Source: Myxococcota bacterium
Lineage (GTDB): Bacteria > Myxococcota_A > SURF-8
Direction: 5' to 3'
Assembly: GCA_963668655.2 (NCBI GenBank)
Contig: CAXXPQ010000001.1
Location: 952,768-1,016,767, forward strand
Length of the DNA: 64,000 nt
Shown: positions 62,742 to 64,000 of the stretch, in pieces
Numbering within the stretch: position 1 is the first letter of the stretch
How the letters are laid out: each line of letters starts with the position of its first letter
Notes under the pieces: generated by a model
Databases searched by the model: none
What the model saw: only the letters and a program-made list of their open reading frames with translations
Told to the model about the DNA's origin: nothing
Position numbers and translations under genes: made by a program

Positions 62742-64000
62742 ATGGACGCCCGAATCACCGCCTTCCGAGTGCTCTCCCGCGTGGAGCGGGACGCCGCCTA
62801 TTCCAACCTGGCGCTGTTCGGGGAACTCAATCGTTCCATGGCGGGCGAGTCGGACGAAAACCTGGACGCCGATCGCCGCCTGGCCACGGAACTGGTCTAC
62901 GGCGTCCTTCGCAATCGGCGCATGCTGGATGTCTGGTTTGCGTATCTCGCCGAGCGGCCCCCGGCGAAGATCGACCCGGCGGTGCGGCACGTTCTGCGGC
63001 TGGCTCTCTACCAGCTTCTTCATCTGGACCGCATGCCCCAACATGCCGTTTTGTCCGAAAGCGGGCAAATTCTCCGCAAGACGAAGCGCAAACACGCGGT
63101 AGGGTTCGTCAACGCGCTTTTGCGGCGCTTCCTGCGCGAACAGCGCGCCGGGACCGGCCCGGCATTGCCCGAGGATCCCTTTCTGCGGCTGGCGCTGCTC
63201 CAATCCATCCCCGACTGGATCCTTCTGCGCTGGAAGGTGGAGGAGGAGAAGCACACCGACGATTCCAAGCGTCTTCTGGGTCGCCTGACCGTTCGGGCGG
63301 AGCAGGCCAATCGCCCCGCGCCACTGGTCCTGGCCGTCAACCCCTTGAAATCGAACGGAAAAGATCTGATTCGGGATCTGGCCGCGCTCGGCGCGGAGGC
63401 ACGGACGGGAGAAAACGTTCCGGAGGCCGTTCAAGTGCTTTCCGGCGGCATCGGTCCGGTGTTGCCGCTGATCGAAGACGGCCGGGCGCACGTCATGGAC
63501 GAGGCCGCGCAACTCGTCGTGGATCTGCTTGGGCCGGAAGAAGGCGAAAATATTCTGGATCTCTGCGCCGCGCCCGGCGGAAAAAGCCTGGTCCTCGCCG
63601 GGCGGGTGGGATCGAAGGGACGCGTTCTGTCCGTGGACCTTTCCGAGGCGAAGCTGAAACTTCTGGCCGAACAGGCCCGGCGGCACGGCTTCGGCTGGAT
63701 CGAAACGGAGGTTCGGGACGCCACGCAGCCCTGGCCGGACGAACTCTCCGGAAGTTTCGACCGAATTCTGATCGACGCGCCCTGCACGGCCCTGGGCGTT
63801 CTGCGGCGGCATCCGGAGATCCGCTGGCGTAGAAAGGAATCCGACGTGGCGGAGATGGCCCACACCGCCCGGGAAATCGCCGTTCGGGCCCGGCCGCTCC
63901 TGAAGCCGGGCGGCGTGCTGGTTTTCTCGGTCTGCACCACCACTGCGGAGGAAGGGCCGAATCAGTTCCGGAAGCTTCTGGACATGGGCGGCTGGACGCC
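62742..64000 (+). CDS. rsmB: 16S rRNA (cytosine967-C5)-methyltransferase RsmB (3' end outside the window)
   Basis: My own translation from ATG 62742 gives MDARITAFRVLSRVERDAAYSNLAL (NusB-like N-domain), DLCAAPGGKS (SAM motif), ILIDAPCTALGVLRRHPE, and FSVCT. The frame is open to the window end. Confidence 0.88.
   Translation, partial: MDARITAFRVLSRVERDAAYSNLALFGELNRSMAGESDENLDADRRLATELVYGVLRNRRMLDVWFAYLAERPPAKIDPAVRHVLRLALYQLLHLDRMPQHAVLSESGQILRKTKRKHAVGFVNALLRRFLREQRAGTGPALPEDPFLRLALLQSIPDWILLRWKVEEEKHTDDSKRLLGRLTVRAEQANRPAPLVLAVNPLKSNGKDLIRDLAALGAEARTGENVPEAVQVLSGGIGPVLPLIEDGRAHVMDEAAQLVVDLLGPEEGENILDLCAAPGGKSLVLAGRVGSKGRVLSVDLSEAKLKLLAEQARRHGFGWIETEVRDATQPWPDELSGSFDRILIDAPCTALGVLRRHPEIRWRRKESDVAEMAHTAREIAVRARPLLKPGGVLVFSVCTTTAEEGPNQFRKLLDMGGWT

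Noticed and set aside
1-64000. Searched by eye for CRISPR arrays, rRNA, tRNA or tmRNA genes, and prophage or defence islands.
   Set aside because: I found no regularly spaced direct repeats and no cloverleaf-like or rRNA-like conserved segments in the intergenic regions. Intergenic space is short apart from about 14.4-15.7 kb, 19.7-20.1 kb, 24.1-24.4 kb and 57.3-57.8 kb. A covariance-model scan (tRNAscan, Infernal) would be needed to exclude small RNAs.

Overview
This is a GC-rich bacterial chromosomal segment with about 55 protein-coding genes and no rRNA, tRNA or CRISPR array that I could see. Nearly every long ORF has a long antisense shadow ORF, as expected at this GC content.

Gene content in order:
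- A cell-division-associated cluster, yggS-yggT-divIVA-yggU, extended by a Peptidase_MA_2-like protein and a large polytopic membrane protein.
- A NifX-like/DUF5320 pair.
- uvsE and mutS2.
- A 1232-aa multi-domain lipoprotein.
- An internally deleted IS3-family remnant.
- An SSS transporter followed by a nuclease-XPD helicase fusion.
- An Lrp-panB-unknown-aminotransferase cluster.
- A late flagellar locus, flgFGAHIJ-flgMN-flgKL-PilZ-csrA-fliW-GT2/TPR, followed by a zinc-ribbon protein and two small PilZ receptors.
- hbd.
- A long minus-strand operon, thyX-purL-purQ-purN-like, continuing into four translationally coupled genes: Zn-ribbon/AAA_16/TPR ATPase, NagZ, a 1016-aa DUF4175-like membrane coiled-coil protein, and a Peptidase_MA_2/TPR protein.
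- Two acidic or Cys-rich lipoproteins and an SDR epimerase.
- ABC-F, an MBL hydrolase, a Lon-N domain protein, and def-fmt-rsmB.

Most of the window is ordinary core genome. The items most worth follow-up:
1. The ATGA-coupled four-gene module downstream of the pur genes.
2. csrA broken by a 1-nt deletion in a G-run, in an otherwise frameshift-free window.
3. A YcgR-like PilZ protein whose c-di-GMP motifs are separated by a roughly 90-aa insert, lying between flgL and csrA.
4. A micro-ORF ending in UGA with an in-frame continuation and a SECIS-like hairpin.
5. The panB-unknown-aminotransferase cluster.
6. A family of lipoproteins with acidic linkers.

All family assignments come from motif recognition by eye. 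No database search was run.
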